DNA from: Bacilli bacterium
GTDB lineage: Bacteria > Bacillota_I > Bacilli_A > RF39 > UBA660
Direction of reading: 5' to 3'
DNA: 59,947 bases
Assembly (NCBI GenBank): GCA_028693275.1
Contig: JAQUVS010000004.1
Span: 1-59,947 of the forward strand
In this document: positions 57,518 to 59,947 of the stretch, piece by piece
How the letters are laid out: every line of letters begins with the position of its first letter
How positions within the stretch are numbered: the first letter of the stretch is position 1
Position numbers and translations under genes: made by a program
Notes under the pieces: model-generated
Told to the model about the DNA's origin: nothing
Seen by the model: only the letters and a program-made list of their open reading frames with translations
The model's database searches: none

Positions 57518-58612
57518 TTAAAAATTTCTATTTTTAAGAAAAGCTGGAATATCATCGTCGTCATCATCATCTTCTTCAAATGTTTCGATAACTTCTAATT
57601 CCCTAGGTTGAGATCTTCTTATATTTTGAACATTATTATAAAGTGGTTCTTTCTTTTCTGCAGTCTTATCAAAACCTGTTGCTATAATTGTAACAATTAC
57701 TTCATCAGTTAAGTTTTCATTGATTACTGAACCGAATATTGTATTTATATCTGTATTTGCTGCTGCTCTTACTACTTCTGCTGCTTGTTCTGCTTCAAAT
57801 AAAGTTAAATTTACACCACCTGTTATATTGATAATTGCATCTGTTGCACCTGAAATACTTGTTTCAAGTAATGGTGAAGAAACCGCTTGTTTAGCAGCTT
57901 CGATTGCTCTATCTTCTCCCATACCAATACCAATACCAATAATTGCATTACCAGATTTTTCCATAACAGCTTTAACATCGGCAAAGTCTAAGTTTACTAA
58001 ACCTACTACAGCTATTAAATCTGAAATTGATTGTACACCTCTTCTTAAAACATTATCTACTTCTTTAAAAGCTTCTAACATTGGAGTTGTTTTATCAATA
58101 ATTTCTCTTAATCTATCATTTGGAATAACGATTAATGTATCTACATGTTTTTTTAATTCTTCTAAACCATTTAAGGCGTTTTCCATTCTCTTTTTACCTT
58201 CGAATCCAAATGGTTTTGTAACTATTGCAACAGTCAAAGCTCCTAGGCTTTGTGCTATTTCTGCAACTACAGGAGCAGCACCTGTTCCAGTTCCTCCACC
58301 CATTCCACAAGTAATGAAGATCATATCTGCACCTTTTAGATTTTCTTCTATTTCTTTTTTTGATTCAATAGCAGCTTCTTTACCTATTTCAGGTTTTGCT
58401 CCTGCTCCTAGACCATCAGTTAATGATGCTCCTATTTGAATTTTAATATCAGCTTTAGAGTTATTTAAAACTTGCAAATCTGTATTTGCAACTATAAATT
58501 CTACTCCTTTAACTCCTGATTCAATCATTCTATTAACGGCATTGCCACCAGCTCCACCGACACCTATTACTTTTATTTTTGCTAATTGATCTACTTCTAA
58601 TCCACCAAACAT
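57518..58612 (-). CDS. ftsZ: Cell division protein FtsZ
   Basis: [26 protein letters not shown]-terminal DIPAFL. Confidence 0.99.
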   Translation of the reverse strand: MFGGLEVDQLAKIKVIGVGGAGGNAVNRMIESGVKGVEFIVANTDLQVLNNSKADIKIQIGASLTDGLGAGAKPEIGKEAAIESKKEIEENLKGADMIFITCGMGGGTGTGAAPVVAEIAQSLGALTVAIVTKPFGFEGKKRMENALNGLEELKKHVDTLIVIPNDRLREIIDKTTPMLEAFKEVDNVLRRGVQSISDLIAVVGLVNLDFADVKAVMEKSGNAIIGIGIGMGEDRAIEAAKQAVSSPLLETSISGATDAIINITGGVNLTLFEAEQAAEVVRAAANTDINTIFGSVINENLTDEVIVTIIATGFDKTAEKKEPLYNNVQNIRRSQPRELEVIETFEEDDDDDDDIPAFLKNRNF

Positions 58613-58623
58613 ATATATCCTCC

Positions 58624-59871
58624 TTAATTACCTGTGAAATACTCGAAAAATTTATTAATCACTGTATCACTACTTAGATTAACTAATTTCTTTTTAGGTG
58701 AAACTAATTCATCCGTTTTTTTATCATTAATCATAGAATAATTTTTACTTCTTAGTTCTAATTTATAATGAAAGTACTTGTTAATTCCTGCTGCACTAGA
58801 ATACTTATTGTTTCTAATTCCCATTTCAGTAATATTCAAAGTATTAGCTATTCTACCGAAAACATTTTCAACCACGTATTGAAAACCGGCTAGTTCGCTA
58901 ATTCCCCCAGTTATTATTATATAACTTATTTCACGTTTTGTTAAGATACTAATTTGTTTTTTAACAAGTTTCAATATTTCTATTAATCTTGCTTCAACTA
59001 TTTCAGATATTTCTAATTGGTTTATCGTTATACTTTCACCATATTTATTTGCTACTTCTATTATATCATTAACATCCGCATATCTTTTATTTGATACCGC
59101 AAAATTTTCTTTTAGTGATTTTGCCTTACCTCTATCAATTTTATACATGAAAGAAATATCTTTGTCAACATATTTACTTCCCATATCTATTTTTTCGTTT
59201 TTAATCATTATTCCTTTGTTAAATACTGATACTTCTGTATTACCATAACCTATATTAACAATGGCACCTATTTGTTTATCTAAATTTTTACTTCTTACTT
59301 GATAATAGTCTCCTACCGCTCCTAGACAAATATCAACTACTTCTATTTCTGCTTTCTTTATGATTGGAATAATTCTATTTATATTATTTTTAGGTACTGT
59401 TGTAAGGACTGCTTTTACTTTTAATTCTTCGCCTTTAGCTCCAGTAGGATTTTTAATTCCTTCATCATTATCTACATGAAAAGAGATAGGAATAATGGAA
59501 ACCATTTCTCTTCCTTCTTTTACTGAGCCTAATACAGCATCTTTTAAAACATTAATCACTTCTTCTCCGCCAACTATATTGTCATCTGATTCTATAAATG
59601 TTTTACCTTCTACTATTGTTATTTCTCTATCATCTGAAGGAATAGTAATAATTGCTTGATCTATTTTTATTCCTAATTTATCTTCTATTTCTTTCTTTGC
59701 CTCTATAATTGATGACGTTAACTCTTCTTCATTAACAATCATTTCTTTCTTTAAACCTTTTGTTTTTGTAGAAGAACTAGCAAGTATATGAAACTTTCCA
59801 TTTACTACTTCACTTACTACAATTTTAATTGTATCATTGCCAATATCTATACCAGTATATATTTGTTTCAT
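58624..59871 (-). CDS. ftsA: Cell division protein FtsA
   Basis: GIDIG, actin-like fold motifs, ITGG, C-terminal amphipathic helix KFFEYF; upstream of ftsZ. Confidence 0.93.
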   Translation of the reverse strand: MKQIYTGIDIGNDTIKIVVSEVVNGKFHILASSSTKTKGLKKEMIVNEEELTSSIIEAKKEIEDKLGIKIDQAIITIPSDDREITIVEGKTFIESDDNIVGGEEVINVLKDAVLGSVKEGREMVSIIPISFHVDNDEGIKNPTGAKGEELKVKAVLTTVPKNNINRIIPIIKKAEIEVVDICLGAVGDYYQVRSKNLDKQIGAIVNIGYGNTEVSVFNKGIMIKNEKIDMGSKYVDKDISFMYKIDRGKAKSLKENFAVSNKRYADVNDIIEVANKYGESITINQLEISEIVEARLIEILKLVKKQISILTKREISYIIITGGISELAGFQYVVENVFGRIANTLNITEMGIRNNKYSSAAGINKYFHYKLELRSKNYSMINDKKTDELVSPKKKLVNLSSDTVINKFFEYFTGN

Positions 59872-59947
59872 TCGCTATCCTCTCCTATATTTAATATAAT
59901 TATTATACAATAAATATTTATTATTGAAAAGATAAATATTTATTCTT

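Noticed and set aside
57545-57580. GAT/GAC/GAA trinucleotide run as a microsatellite
   Set aside because: It encodes the acidic FtsZ linker (EEDDDDDD) with mixed codons.
57720-58439. 239-aa plus-strand ORF
   Set aside because: Antisense shadow of ftsZ. The other short plus-strand ORFs inside minus-strand genes were rejected for the same reason.

Overview
A 60 kb chromosomal segment of a very AT-rich, compact low-GC Bacillota (Bacilli) genome (GC looks like roughly a quarter of bases by eye; not computed). It uses genetic code 11: TGA serves as a stop, e.g. in the ATGA overlaps at truB/murE (31862-31865) and ymfF/ymfH (52087-52090). This fits a reduced Bacilli lineage such as RF39, which is an inference. 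Nearly all genes lie on the minus strand; only DUF192, a CPBP protease, a metallophosphoesterase and an M3-like orphan are on the plus strand. The backbone is housekeeping with Bacillus-like synteny: tRNA-Arg, efp, rpmG, nfo, yebC, rplU-prp-rpmA, obgE, rnj, thrS with a Thr T-box, dnaB-dnaI, dnaG-rpoD-trmK, yqeG-yqeH, rimP-nusA-ylxR-infB-rbfA-truB-murE, queH, dagK, two ABC systems, ymfF/H, deoD, ftsK and ftsA-ftsZ. Two accessory layers are interleaved. The first comprises parts of three surface-filament systems: three type IV pilins plus PilC/PilD, a stripped-down Tad/Flp locus lacking CpaB and TadV, and a TasA-like SipW-class protein. The second is a set of orphan genes inserted in core operons, several of which look like repurposed cores of housekeeping proteins. 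These include a uL29-like microprotein under the thrS T-box, a capless and apparently catalytically dead Cof/HAD in the spo0B slot, a stand-alone RNB nuclease in the dnaB-dnaI operon, a minimal M3-like gluzincin, and a SHOCT plus HExxH protein pair. No CRISPR array, IS element, prophage or rRNA was seen. All product calls come from motif recognition, not database searches.
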